A stretch of DNA of 64,000 nt from Eledone cirrhosa (taxonomy: Eukaryota): NCBI GenBank assembly GCA_964016885.1, contig OZ024742.1:249240001-249304000 (forward strand). Direction: 5' to 3'. This document shows, piece by piece, positions 1 through 13,500 of the stretch. The notes beneath the pieces were generated by a model. That model saw only the letters and a list, made by a program, of their open reading frames with translations. It did no database searches and was not told the DNA's origin. The first letter of the stretch is position 1; every line of letters starts with the position of its first letter. The position numbers and the translations under genes are program-made.

Positions 1-302
1 AGGTGGTGTTGTTGTTGTTGGTGGTGGTGGTGGTGGTGGCGCTCGTGCTGGTGGTGGTGGTGGCGCTCGTGGTGGTAGTGTTGCTGTTGTTGGTGGTGGC
101 GCTCGTGGTGGTGGTGTTGTTGGTGGTGGTGGCGGTGGTGGCGATCGTGGTGGTGGTGTTTTGTTGTTGTTGTTGGTGGTGGTGGCGTTCGCGGTGGTGG
201 TGGTGTTGTTGTTGTTGCTGGTGGTGGTGGTGGCGCTCGTGGTGGTATTGTTGTTGTTGTTGGTGGTGGTGGTGGCGGCGCTCGTGGTGATGGTGGTGGT
301 GG

Positions 303-333
<31 letters not shown>

Positions 334-2530
334 GGCGTTCGTGGTGATGGTGGTGGTGGTGTTGTTGTTGTTGGTGGTGGTGGTGGTGTTGTTGTTGTTG
401 GTGGTGGTGGTGGTGGTGGTGGCGCTCGTGGTGGTGTTGTTGTTGTTGTTGGCGGTGGTGGTGGCGCTCGTGGTGGTGGTGTTGTTGTTGTTGTTGGTGT
501 TGGTGGTGGTGGTGGCGCTCGTGGTGGTGTTGTTGTTGTTGTTGGCGGTGGTGGTGGCGCTCGTGGTGGTGGTGTTGTTGTTGTTGGCGGTGGTGGTGGC
601 GCTCGTGGTGGTGTTGTTGTTGTTGTTGGCGGTGGTGGTGGCGCTCGTGGTGGTGGTGTTGTTGTTGTTGGCGGTGGTGGTGGCGCTCGTGGTGGTGTTG
701 TTGTTGTTGTTGGTGGTGGTGGTGGCGCTCGTGGTGGTGGTGTTGTTGTTGTTGTTGGTGTTGGTGGTGGTGGTGGCGCTCGTGGTGGTGGTGTTGTTGT
801 TGTTGTTGGTGTTGGTGGTGGTGGTGGCGCTGGTGGGTGTGTTGTTTTTGGTGGTGGTGGTGGTGGCGCTCGTAGTGGTTGTGGTGGTGTTGTTGTTGTT
901 GTTGGTGGTGGTGGCGGTGGCGCTCGTGGTGGTGTTGTTGTTGTTGTTGTTGGTGGTGGTGTTAGTGGTGGTGCTGTTGTGGGTTGTGGTGGTAGTGGTG
1001 GTTGTGGTGGTAGTGGTGCCCGTGGTGTTATTGCTGGTGGTGTTGTTGGTTGTGGTGGTGGTGCTGTTGGTTGAGGTGGTAGTGGTGGTGGTGGTGTTAG
1101 TGGTGGTGGTGCTGTTGGTTGTGGTGGTAGTGGTGGTAGTGGTGGTGGTGGTGTTAGTGGTGGTGGCGTTGTTGGTTGTGGTGTTAGTGGTGGTGGTGCT
1201 GCTGGTTGTGGTGGTAGTGGTGGTGGTGCTGTTGGTTATGGTGGTAGTGCTGCTGGTGGCTGTAGTGGTGGTGGTGGTGTTGGTTGTGGTGGTAATGGTG
1301 GTGGTGGTGTTAGTGGTGGTGGTGCTGTTTGTGGTGGTGGTGGTGTTAGTGGTGGTGGTGCTGTTTGTTGTGGTGGTAGTGGTGGTGGTGGTGTTAGTGG
1401 TGGTGCTGTTGGTTGTGGTGGTAGTGGTGGTAGTGGTGGTATTAGTGGCCGTGGTGTTGTTGTTTGTGGTGGTGGTGTTAGTGGTGGTGGTGTTAGTGGT
1501 GGTGGTGCTGTTGGTTATGGTGGTGGTGGTGTTAGTGGTGGTGGTGCTGTTGGTTATGGTGGTGGTGGTGTTAATGGTGGTGGTGTTAGTGGTGGTTATG
1601 TTAGTGGTGGTGTTAGTGGTGGTGGTGTTGTTGGTTGTGGTGGTAGTGGTGGTGGTGGTGTTAGTGGTGGTGGTGTTAGTGGTGGTGGTGCTGTTGGTTG
1701 TGGTGCTAGTGGTGGTCGTGGTGTTAGTGGTGGTGGTGCTGTTGGTTATGGTGGTAGTGGTGGTGGTGGTGTTAGTGGTGGTGGTGTTGTTGGTTGTGGT
1801 GGTAGTGGTGGTGGTGGTGTTAGTGGTGGTTGTGTTGTTTGTTGTGGTGGTAGTGGTGGTGGTGGTGATGGTAGTGGTGATGGTATGGTAGTGTTAGTAG
1901 TGGTGTTGTTGGTTGTGTGGTATGGTGGTTATGGTATAGAGTTGTTAATAGTGGTATAGTATGGAGTTGTTAACAGTCGTGTTGTTGTTGGTTGTGGTAG
2001 TAGTGGTGGAGGTGAAGGTAGTAGTGATGGTATGCTGTTGTTAGTAGTGGTGTTGTTGTTAGTAGTGGTGGTGTTGTTGGTTGTGGTGGTAGTGGTGGTG
2101 GTGGTGTTAGTAGTGGTGATGGTATGGTGTTGTTAATAGTGGTGTTGTTGTTAGTAGTGGTATTGTTGTTGGTTGTGGTAGTAGTTGTGGTGGTGGTGTT
2201 AGTAGTGGTGATGGTATGGTGTTGTTAATAGTGGTGTTGTTGTTAGTAGTGGTGTTGTTGTTGGTTGTGGTGGTAGTGGTGTTGGTGGTGTTAGTAGTGG
2301 TGATGGTATGGTGTTGTTAATAGTGGTGTTGTTGTTGGTTGTGGTGGTAGTGATGGTGGTAGTGTTAGTAGTGGTGATAGTATGGTGTTGTTAATAGTGG
2401 TGTTGTTGTTGATTGAGGTGGTAGTGGTGGCGGTGATGGTAGTGGTGATGGAATGGTGGTGTTAGTAGTTGTGATGGTATGGTGGTATGGTGATGGTGGT
2501 GGCGATGGTGAAAATGATGTTGATGGTGGT
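1..2530. repeat. (GGT/GTT/GTA)n compound trinucleotide low-complexity array
   Basis: Continuous GGT/GTT triplets with recurring anchors (ggcgctcgt; ttagtggtg; gatggtatggtgttgttaatag). It produces the spurious poly-Val/Leu ORFs. Confidence 0.95.
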
Positions 2531-3585
2531 GGAAAAGAAGGAATCTGTAGAACGAAAGTTATTACGTCTCATTCACCACCACCTTCGTCTTTCTCTTCTT
2601 CCTTACTAACTGCACAAGGAAGTGTTTATTTACCTTCCCTAACCACTTTATAGTTAGAGGCGTCAGTATGAGTGTCAAAGACTTTCTTTACTAAACATTC
2701 AACCGACAACCAATTGTATGGAAAGGTGATATATCTACAGAGTCGGTCACCCCCACCCTATCGTCTCCTACCCCAAACCTACTTATACCCCTCATCTAAG
2801 TACCTCGTTATCGTAGTCATCGTCGTCATTGTCGACCCCGTCCTAGTTGACATGCTGTTTTCCCTACAAATATGGACTTAACCAGAAATTCGTTTAATTA
2901 ACATTCTCAGTATTGCCTTTTCTAGAACCTCGGTTTAAAAGAGTTGCGGCATTTATTCTGGTCTTTACTTTCCAGCGAAGTAGATTTCCTCATTTCAAGA
3001 TTGGTGGTCTCATCACTCTGTGAATTCCGTACTATTTCTATCGATCTCTATTTCTTCGAACCGCTAATGTACAATTTTAATTGAACAGCGAGCTTAAACA
3101 AAGTCACTCACAAACTCACGCACAAATATATACACATAAAAATTCCACTTAATTCCCATCTACTAATGTCCACTCATAAGTCAATTGGGCAACTTAGGCT
3201 ATAGTAGTGTGTCTCAACTAAATCAAAATATACCTGTTATTTCACTATAAAGTAGACAGCCACCTGTAATTGCACTAGCTATTGCACTAAATAATGTAAA
3301 CAACAAAAATATGCTTTATCTTTATAGTACATATGAAACTAAAAAAAAAAAAATCACTTTAATCTCTCGAATAAACATATACACAGGAAGCTGAAGATTA
3401 CATTTTGTGGGCTGAAATATGAGCTTGCAGACACGAAGTGAAATAAATAAAACATTTATACTTTGGGTTCAAACATTTAATGATAAGTTTAATATATATA
3501 TATATATACACACACATATATATATATATATAAACTTCTGATTAAGTTTTTGAACCCAAAGTATAAACGTTTTATATATATATAG

Positions 3586-3670
<85 letters not shown>

Positions 3671-3677
3671 ATGTATA

Positions 3678-3723
<46 letters not shown>

Positions 3724-3729
3724 TGTATA

Positions 3730-3767
<38 letters not shown>

Positions 3768-4214
3768 ATGTATATATATATATATATATATACATGTGTG
3801 GGTTTGCGTGTATAAAAAAAAGAGAATGTAATGAAGTATGAGAAATGAAGTAAAATTGAATTGTAGATATAGTTATTGGTATAAAGAAAACGAGGGTTAA
3901 GAATGTATAAATCTTATGTATCTCTACAATGTTCTGAAAGATTAAAATATAAGGATTCTCTATCCACTTCAGATAAAAACTTTGAGGAAAATCTTACATT
4001 GAAATCAATAATAAACCTTTAAATCCACCATATGCCCCGCCTCAGTCGAAGGTATTCATTTGAAACTTTACATGCACACACGCATTCACACACAAACACA
4101 CAAATACACACACACACGCACTAACACAAACACAAACACTCACAAACACACACACATACATGTATATATTATATATATATATAAATGTAGGTATATATAT
4201 ATATATATATACCT

Positions 4215-4266
<52 letters not shown>

Positions 4267-4268
4267 TT

Positions 4269-4363
<95 letters not shown>

Positions 4364-4686
4364 AATGTAGGCATATCTACATTTCAGGTGTGCACCATGA
4401 TGGTATTAGTATTGCTATTTCCTTGAACACTAGACCTACTTCCCTCTTCTTCTCTCTGTTGATAACATTAGCCTGTTTATATACAAGTTAAGTACCACAG
4501 GTGATCTCCAATAAATTCCTATAAATCATCTCAACACACACACACACGCACATATATATATATATATATGTAAATGTATATATTTATTACGATGCGTTGA
4601 ATATCAAGGTAGAATATAATACGTAATTTGGTGTAGAGTAGATATGTATAATCCTATAATTATACCATACAACTATATATATATAT

Positions 4687-5140
4687 ATATATCAAAGGTA
4701 TATATTGAGTTAGGAACTCAAAATAATCTCTTACTCGTATATTATAATTGATTGAGTTCCTAATTCAATATATACCTTTGATATATTCGGCTCGGTTTAT
4801 TTGTTGAGCTATTTCAAATGTCGAATAAACCTGGCTGCTATTTTTAGTGGTGTTAGTGTTTGTGAGACACGCTAAGATACCATGTGCGTTATTATATATA
4901 GCACACTATTCAGTTTCTTAATATACTTAGAAGTGTCTAGGATACTAATTTGCCACCCACCGATGAGCAAGGATTGGTATTTCTATTCACAATTAATTAG
5001 TATTGCCAAACAGCAGCAAGCTGTCTGGGTGATTGGTAGTTACCACAATTCCGGTTTGTATTTATTTTCTTGAATTTTTCTTCAGGCAAACCCTATTGTC
5101 TATAGTTAGTATTCTTTTCACCTTAGCGAATCTGGTCCCT
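4687..5140 (+). mobile_element. Penelope-like pseudo-LTR remnant with 5' fold-back and degenerate hammerhead
   Basis: ~35-bp inverted arms at 4687-4721/4752-4786 abut (TA)n; a hammerhead-like fold lies at 4954-5031. Confidence 0.55.
4954..5031 (+). ncRNA. Degenerate type-I hammerhead ribozyme
   Basis: caccca-CcGATGA-gcaa...ttgc-cAAA-cagc agcaa gctg-TC-tgggtg: all three stems pair and a GUC site is present, but there are two core substitutions. Confidence 0.65.
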
Positions 5141-5196
5141 TGCGATTTGAACACATATATGTATATATATGTGTTCGTTTTTTTTATATTCCATTA

Positions 5197-5328
<132 letters not shown>

Positions 5329-5541
5329 TTCTTTCTTCTTCTCTCTTCACTATCACTTCTTTCCCTCATGGCCTTTTGATAGATAAAAGGCGTGCTACGG
5401 ATCGATGTTCTGTTTTATGCATCGAAACATCCAAGATCCGTAGTAAACAGCTGACGAGGGGAAACTTTTCTTCTCTTGTTTGTGTCCCGATTACCTTCTA
5501 ACACTTTGTTTTCAGTAACCACACAGCCTCGCATCGTAACC

Positions 5542-5583
<42 letters not shown>

Positions 5584-5831
5584 TTAGGATGCGAATATAT
5601 ATATATATACAAATAAAGATTCAGCGAGAATCGCATTTCGGCGGGCAGAAAGAGCGAAGCGAAATGCAAAAATCAGAAATGATACTGGCAAAGTGCTCAA
5701 TAGTTAAAGACCAGAGCTAAACAATGTGTTAAGAAGCCATACAAAACTGAAAAGGTGGTCAAGAAGGCATTAACCACCCAAGCCAAAAACCAAATCAAGC
5801 TAAACAGGTCAAAATAAAATAAATGATAAAA

Positions 5832-5993
5832 AATAATTGTTTCTACTTTAGGCACAAGGCCAGCAATTACCCAGTGCATTACTGGTACTTTATTTTATCG
5901 ACCCCTTAAGGATGAAAGGCAAAGTCAACCTCGGCGGGATTTGAACTCAGATCGTAAAGGGACGTAACTATGCTGGAAAGCATGGCGTCCGAC
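5832..5993 (-). mobile_element. tRNA-derived SINE (family also at 19780, 19991, 21097, 33790, 58445, 59615)
   Basis: On the minus strand: B-box gagttcaaatccc, core ttgcctttcatccttaaggggtcgataaaataaagtacc, tail gtagaaacaattatt. Multiple copies occur in the window. Confidence 0.85.
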
Positions 5994-6314
5994 TAAATGA
6001 TAAAAAATAATGATAACCAGACCTGGACTCCCGGAATTGCTGTTAAAATCCGATGTAGAGTTTCTGTGACACCTAAATCAAAATACAGTCTGTTTAAAAA
6101 TATAAGTTTTGGGTATAACGATCGAACAAGGAATATCACGCTATCAATAGGTATTTCGCTCTGTACCAAATAAGTGAATGACACGGTGGTAAGTTAAACC
6201 ACGTGTGGAAATCACAAGGGGAAATACCCCAGATTTTGGCAAAGTAATTCAGTCAGTGTAAATCATGCAAAAAATACCATAAATAGCACAAATCGAATAA
6301 GTTCTCAACCGAGT

Positions 6315-6388
<74 letters not shown>

Positions 6389-6934
6389 CATATATGTACG
6401 TATGTATGCATTTTCCCTCTATCTGTCGGCCAATGCGGTCAGTGGAAATTCTACGCTAGAGTTCTATAGAGGACAAATGGTATGCAAGTGTGGCGATGTT
6501 CGCAGAGATGCTCTGGGCCGTTGACGAAATCGAATTGACACGTCTGTTCGATACGTACTGGTCGAGTGTAAGGGCATAACTGCCTCGTGGAGATTTGTCG
6601 AATAGCTATTATCAAGTGTAGAGAAGTTCGGGCTTTCGACTGAGTTCATGTTGAAGATCGCCCCGCTGGTTTCTTTTGGCTGGGAAGGACAGGCAGTTTT
6701 CCTAAAACAGGTTTGATAAAGTACCACATTGATGATTGGCGTGAATAAGAGCACCGGAACTGCAGCTACAATAAGGTGAGAGGAAGAAAAAAGAAGCCAT
6801 CCACGCTTCTTTGCCCAGATTAATAATATATTGCAGTATTCATTTCACGCAGCAAAAACTGGCATGACAAGAAAGGCGTGGGTTGGACGTACAAAAATTG
6901 CGTATCGCGACACACGAAAGATGGTTCGGAAGGG

Positions 6935-8765
6935 GGAAAACCTTAACAAATGGAGCCTGGAATATTACAACCCTTACAGATAAGGAGCAGGTACTATTGG
7001 CGGAGGCTAGATGCTACCGGCTAGATATAATCGGGATTTCCTCAACACAGTTCCGTGGCTCTGATATGTTGATTTGGATGCAGGATGGAAACTCCACTAT
7101 TCAGATGTGGCAACAGAATTGACTGTGCAGGTGGGAGTAGGGATACTCACAAACCCATTAGAAGGGAGGATCTGCCTCATGAAGCTCACACTGAAATATA
7201 GGTCTCTGTGGGTGATGCAAGTTTATGCACCAAACAAGGAATCCGAATACAGGTCCTTTCCTGATGAAGTCACTGCAACGTTAGATGTAGTTAAGACAGT
7301 GTCGCATATCCTGATAGGAGACTTCAATGTTCATGTTGGCACTGACCACCTGTTATGGAAAGGAGTGATTGGAAGGAATGGTGATCCCTGATCTAAATAT
7401 AAATGATGAGGCTTTATTAGACATCTGTTCTAGCAATGGACTCTCTATCATGAAGACCTTCTTCCAGCACAGAGACATACATAAATATACATGGATGGTA
7501 TAAGGGGAATCAGAGACAGAGCGCAATAATTGATTTTTTTTTTTTTTTTGTCTCTGGTCTCTTCCATTATGTACCGGGTGTTCATTTTAAGAGAGGGGAT
7601 GAGCTGTCACCTGATGAACATCTAGTTATTTTTCAACTTGAGACTATCTGAAGCTAAAGAAGTCCTCAAATCTGGCAGATCCAGGGCGATTTAGAGTATC
7701 AAGTGGGAATCGTTGGTGGATACGGAAGTCAGAACCAGGTACGCAGATACTATTGCATCCAAATTCAGAGAACTCCCTGAGCAAATTGAGGCTGTTGAGA
7801 CAATTTCTGCTTTAGTAGTTAAATGCTGCGAACGAAAGAGGATTGGTGTGTCCCCGGATGTCAGGAAGCCCCTTTGGCTCAAGATGTTTTCTGAGCAAAG
7901 AAGGAAGCATAGAAATCTTGGCTTGGAAATAAGTCCTCCAAGTATGCACGAAGAATCGCAGCAGAGACAGTAAAGGCATCCAAAGTTAGGACATGGGAGG
8001 ACATTGGGATTAAGCTGAAATCAAACTTCAGAATCCAACATAAATAAATTGTTCTGGCAGCCCATCAGCCAACTTGGTAATAAGAAGCCCTCTTCAATGA
8101 CCCCTATCAGGAACACGCCTGGGTTTCTCCCTTGTTCAGAGAGGTGCATCCTCGAAAGGTGGAGAGAAACTCTCCTAATCTCTAAACCCGAAATCAACCG
8201 TATATTCTGATATACACAAGGTGCATCTGGGAGCGGTGATTAATCACTCTGAGGCTGAGGTCACATGAGCAGTTAAAAAGCTCAAATGTGGCAAGGGCAC
8301 TGGGAAGATGAAATCCAGCCCGAGATCTTAAAGTATTCCCGGGCTGACTCGTGTGTGCAGGGTGGCCTTCATGTCTGAAAAAACATAAGCAATTGCAATC
8401 AGTAATGATAATCCCAATGTTTAAATTGGGAGACAATGGAGATTGTTTGAATTACAGATGAATCTCCTTGTTAAGGCTCAGCAGTAAAGTTTACGCTAAG
8501 TATCTGGCAAAGTGATGCTGGGAGATTGACTCCTCCAAGCGAGCTGAAGAACAGATTTGTTTTCGCCCCTGACGCAGCACAGCCGACGAAATATTCACAC
8601 TGCGGCAGGTGTTCGGAAAATCGTGGGAGTATTATCAAGATGTATATTTTTGTTTTGTAGACCTCGAAAAGGCATATGGCCTCGCTCATCGGGACCTGCT
8701 GTGGAAGATTCCGTAGGAGTATGGGGTCGATAGTTAGCTTCTTGCTGCCCTGATGTCTCTATAAG
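6935..8765 (+). mobile_element. Decayed RTE-clade LINE (Rex3/Expander-like), APE endonuclease to mid-RT
   Basis: GAWNITTLTDKEQVLLAEARCYRLDIIGISST, QVYAPN, LIGDFNVHVG...WKGVIGRNGDP and later FVDLEKAY..LLW...EYGV; many stops and frameshifts. Confidence 0.85.
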
Positions 8766-9281
8766 TATATCTAGATGGATTTGATTTTTACATGAGTAAA
8801 ACGTGAGATGATAAAATAAAAGACCTTTATTGTTGTGTTAGTTTACTGGGTGTATGCTACGTGTTATTTTTTACTTTGATATTCTGGCAGTAACATGTGT
8901 TGTTAATGCGGTTAGAAGTGTCAAATTTTCAGCCATATATTACCTGCTTAACATCACGCCAGCCAGGTTGATTCTCGGTGGTCGTTTCAACGGCTAGAAA
9001 TAACAGCTAAGCTACTTTAAAATCACTCCCTACCATATTAAAATGGAAATGACGTATTTGATCATTTAGTCCGAGATATATATACATACGGCGTGGTTGT
9101 TACTCGGATAATTTTGATCGTACGTCCACTCGTTCAGAGATTTCTATACCTTAAAATACCGCAACATCTAGGTTAACTTCTTAGACAATGATTGCGAAGA
9201 CATGCGTCGTGATGGAAACATATGCAAAGAATTGAACTGGTATTCTATATGTGAGGAATGATATTACTTAACTCTTTAAGA

Positions 9282-9632
9282 CAGAAGTTCTCAAACTTTT
9301 GGGGCCATCGCCCCCTCACGGCCACGTAATACCCTCAGCGCCCTCACCAATATTTCCAGAGAGACCTACCTACACGCAAATTGTAAATAATATATAATAT
9401 CTAAAATCGTTAGTTCATATATAACAAATAATATAATATATACCATGTATAAATAAATATTTTACATTTTCTATTTTACTATATTTTTATATGATATGTA
9501 TCCTTTGATATTTAATATACTATTATATCATTTCTAGCGCATCCAACAATCACTCCCTTAGGCCCCATTGCACCATGTAGCCCTTCTCAATGCCCCCCTA
9601 TCTGGGGGTAGTACCCACTTTATAAACCTTTG
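9282..9632. mobile_element. hAT/Charlie-like MITE (old)
   Basis: Imperfect TIRs cagaagttctcaaactt / cactttataaacctttg; 8-bp flanks ctttaaga / aattaaga (6/8 match) consistent with a TSD; AT-rich core. Confidence 0.55.
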
Positions 9633-10216
9633 AATTAAGATATTAAAAACTGAGAAAATCTTGAGTTCATCCTGACATTTTCTGGCCAAAAAATATGAGG
9701 AAATAAATGGAATTTACAAGGTGGTTCCATTTCTATAAACAATTTTACTCTGAACTTGTTCTTCAGTCAACCCAACTTAATGGCATATTTTAAAGATATA
9801 CAGCTACTGTTATTTTTAAAGCTGTTTTTATTTTCTCTGTCAGTTTGCTATCTGTGTTTACGTTTCTTTTTGTGTATTTGTTTGTTTGTTTGTTTGTTTG
9901 TTTGTTTGTTTGTTTGTTTGTTTGTTTGTGCTATTTTCCCCGCGATGCACCGTGTGTTGCTGAGTTCAGTAAGTAGATCCAGTGCCGTGTGGACTATATT
10001 TCCTTACTATTGAGATAGATGCTGCAAGTCTGTTACTGTTAAATAACGGAAGAATAGAACACTTCCGCTCTTCACTATCTTAGTACCTCTGCCAACTCCA
10101 TAACATCACAATTTGGCAACAGGAGAGAAAACAACAACAGAACACACAAAAACAAAAACAGAAAAAAAAACAATGACGAAACCATCTCTGACATCCACAG
10201 CATTAACACAGACACA

Positions 10217-10492
<276 letters not shown>

Positions 10493-12009
10493 TGTATACG
10501 TTTACACACACGAGAACATATAGAACTACATAAACAAATAATAGATAGATAAGTAAATAAATATATATTTAGCAATTATCTGCTAGTAAAAAACCCGAAT
10601 GCTGTCAGCGATTACTAAGTGTGAAAAGCAGCTTAATGAGAAGCAAGATTCAGAGCTACATTTAACCGAAACTTAAACAACATGGGTTTAGCGCAAGGAA
10701 TATTCACCACAATAAAAACAACAAAAATACAACATGGCAAAAAGAAAAACTCATTGGAAATTCACCAAAAGAAACAATAAAACTTGCATGTCGGTAATAA
10801 TGTTTGGAAAAGACCCAAGAAACTCTCAGAAGATCTAATGACATAAGCAATTTATGATTATGAAGGTCAGATTTACAAATGTTTACAGTTCTTTCTGGCA
10901 AATGATAAGCAAAGAGTTGTTTTCTTCGACTTCATCCACATTGCTCTTCTGTTTATATATGATAAATTCTATGCATCAACACAACGAGCGCTTTTGTATG
11001 TGTGATTCTTCGGCCTACAGACGTAAGCTGAACGTTGGCACATTCACTCACAATACTGCTTCCACTGTCATCCACCTTTTAGCAAATTTCCTGGAGGAGA
11101 GTGCTTTACGCTCCATCCTTACTTTCCTTTGCAATAACATGTATAAATACTGCTTAGAGTTTCGCCCGAGAAAGTAGTATCTAATAGCCTTTTTGACCCG
11201 GTTAAATGTAAACTGTAGAGCAATCGTCACCATGGATTCATTCAACAATCGTATTCATTCAACAAATGTCTTACATACGACAATAGTTTTTCGACAATAT
11301 AATGCTTGGCACTGAAGCTAGAGGTTCAGTAAACGACATACCTTTGTCTGTGAGGTTTATCATGAATCTGCCATAGACTTTCTGGATATTGTCCGCAGTT
11401 CTCCTCATTTTTTTCGCTGCCCAATTCTTCCACATTTTCATTTTTCCTAATCACTAAATCTTTATTGAATGATAACGTGGAAGTTACACCGACATCACTG
11501 CCCGACTGATTGAGAGCTGTGAGCTCTTGATAATATTCTACATACCAGGCACGCAATATTTGACTTGGTTTCAACCAGGTCTGTGATATGACATACTGAT
11601 GATATACACAATGATGTCAAAAGGAGACTAATAGTTTTGAAGTGTGTTACAATATAAAAGAACAAGACAAGATAAATGAGTTTAATCTTCGACAATATTT
11701 CCCATCATTTATCACCCTGATCACCTGACATCTGGGTGGGTATTCAGAATACTAGCCTCTCCTCCACTGCCAAATGTAATGTCAGAAATTCCGTAAGCAA
11801 CTTCGTGATTAACTGATACAAAAAAAAAAAAAATGAGGAAAAAACGGAAAGAGAAAGTAAGAGTGGGAGAGGGCCTTAAACAGCTTCTTATTGCACTTTG
11901 CTCTCGTCTCAGAAACGAACACGGCCACATTATCCGTATGTTCTTTGCTCTTCCGTACATGTTGACAAATGATGTAAATAAAACACTTCCTACCACACAC
12001 CTGGGACGA

Positions 12010-12258
12010 TGTGCAGCTAAGTGGTGGTTAGGGTGTCGGACCACAATCATAACGGCATAAGTTTGGTTACGGGCAATGCGTTGTTTCCTTGAGCACGTCA
12101 CTTTATTTCACATTGCTTCAGCCCACCCAACTGTCAAAATGTGTTGTGTGAGTAATTCAATGGGCCAGTCGTGTCATACATTGTCAGACTGAATCTAGCT
12201 TAGAACTACGATAAAAGTACACATTCACGGAAAGGCTCTGTCATTTGCACGCTAATTA
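12010..12258 (+). mobile_element. Degraded tRNA-derived SINE (CORE-like, same family as 41638)
   Basis: tRNA-like head followed by atgcgttgtttccttgagcacgtcactttatttcacattgc. Confidence 0.6.
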
Positions 12259-12280
12259 AAGAGATAATTGTATTTATGTG

Positions 12281-12311
<31 letters not shown>

Positions 12312-12412
12312 CGCGCGCGCGCGCGCGTGTCAGTGTGTGTGCGTGTGTGTGTGTGTGTGTGTATATGTGTATATACATACTTGCATATATATAGGGATAG
12401 ATAGATAGAGAG

Positions 12413-12477
<65 letters not shown>

Positions 12478-12955
12478 AACAAATATTAGATGCTAGGTAA
12501 AGTGTTTGTTAATGCAAGAAGAAATAGTAAAAGATACTTAAAAACTGCTAAATAAATGAGCTTTTGTTAATTGGTTTAATTCATCTCTGCAGATACGTGA
12601 CAGCGAAATATACAGCAAACTTACGTCGTTAACAGTTGGATTTAATTTACTGTTATTTAAACTTATCATTTTCTTATTAAACACAAATTTACATTCTTCT
12701 TTACACATACCATTAAGTGATTTTCGTGTTGTTATTTTGTCATTGATGTTGTTGAAGTTGTTGTAATTTTTCTTCTGGTAGTTGTTTTTTTTGTTGTCTT
12801 TTGCTTGTTAATTGTTGGTGTTTATATTTATGTTTTATTTTAGGCTTACTGCATAATATGCGTAAATTATTTAAACAAAAGTCCATGTTTTTTGTCTGTC
12901 AATCTATCTAACACGCTATATATCTACTTACATACCTATCTATCTATCTATCTAT

Positions 12956-13135
12956 GGGGGTTGCACATTTTTTCGGGGGTATGTGTTACCCATATGTACT
13001 GTCTCCCCCTATTGGGGAAAATCGACTAATTTTTTAAATTGCATTTGTGATAATATTTTACACGTTTTTATTGTATGTAAACTTCCCCCTTTGTATTTGT
13101 CCCCTTCTTTTGTGCCCCTGTGGCTAATAAAGAAA
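12956..13135 (+). mobile_element. Tx1 LINE 3'UTR fragment A
   Basis: Homologous to the 3'UTR at 16095-16306 and near-identical to 16427-16612; ends AATAAAgaaa followed by (CTAT)n. Confidence 0.85.
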
Positions 13136-13137
13136 CA

Positions 13138-13196
<59 letters not shown>

Positions 13197-13208
13197 ATAT
13201 CTATCTAT

Positions 13209-13468
13209 GGCCTTCTCTCTACATCAGCCTGTAGGTGGAAAAGAGGAAGGAACGAGGGAGCACCCTCTCTCTCTGTGACCCTGAGGAGAAGGGGTTGCAC
13301 ACTTTTTTCGGGTGTGTGTACGACCCCCCCCCCCCAAACGCCTCCTCCCTATTGAGGACTTTATTGTTAATTTTATGTTTGTTATTTGTTTTCTTTACTC
13401 GCCTTTTTGTGTAAACTCCCCTCTTGTATTTGTCCCCTTCTTTTGCGCCCTAATGGCAATAAATAGAA

Positions 13469-13469
<1 letters not shown>
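13209..13469 (+). mobile_element. Tx1 LINE 3' fragment B (last codons + 3'UTR)
   Basis: Aligns to 16019-16306; flanked by (CTAT)n on both sides. Confidence 0.85.

Positions 13470-13495
<26 letters not shown>

Positions 13496-13500
<5 letters not shown>

Noticed and set aside
161-1891. 576-aa poly-Val/Leu ORF
   Set aside because: Translation of the (GGT/GTT)n repeat; no real start context or domain.
5392-5470. Hairpin gctacggatc..gatccgtagt with gatg..catc-GAAA and a nearby CTGACGA
   Set aside because: Probably a pLTR remnant, but the CUGANGA box is missing before stem II, so it is not callable as a ribozyme.
10560-11750. Non-repetitive stretch with several short minus-strand ORFs
   Set aside because: Could be a decayed gene or transposase, but I recognise no motif and stops interrupt all frames; needs BLASTX.
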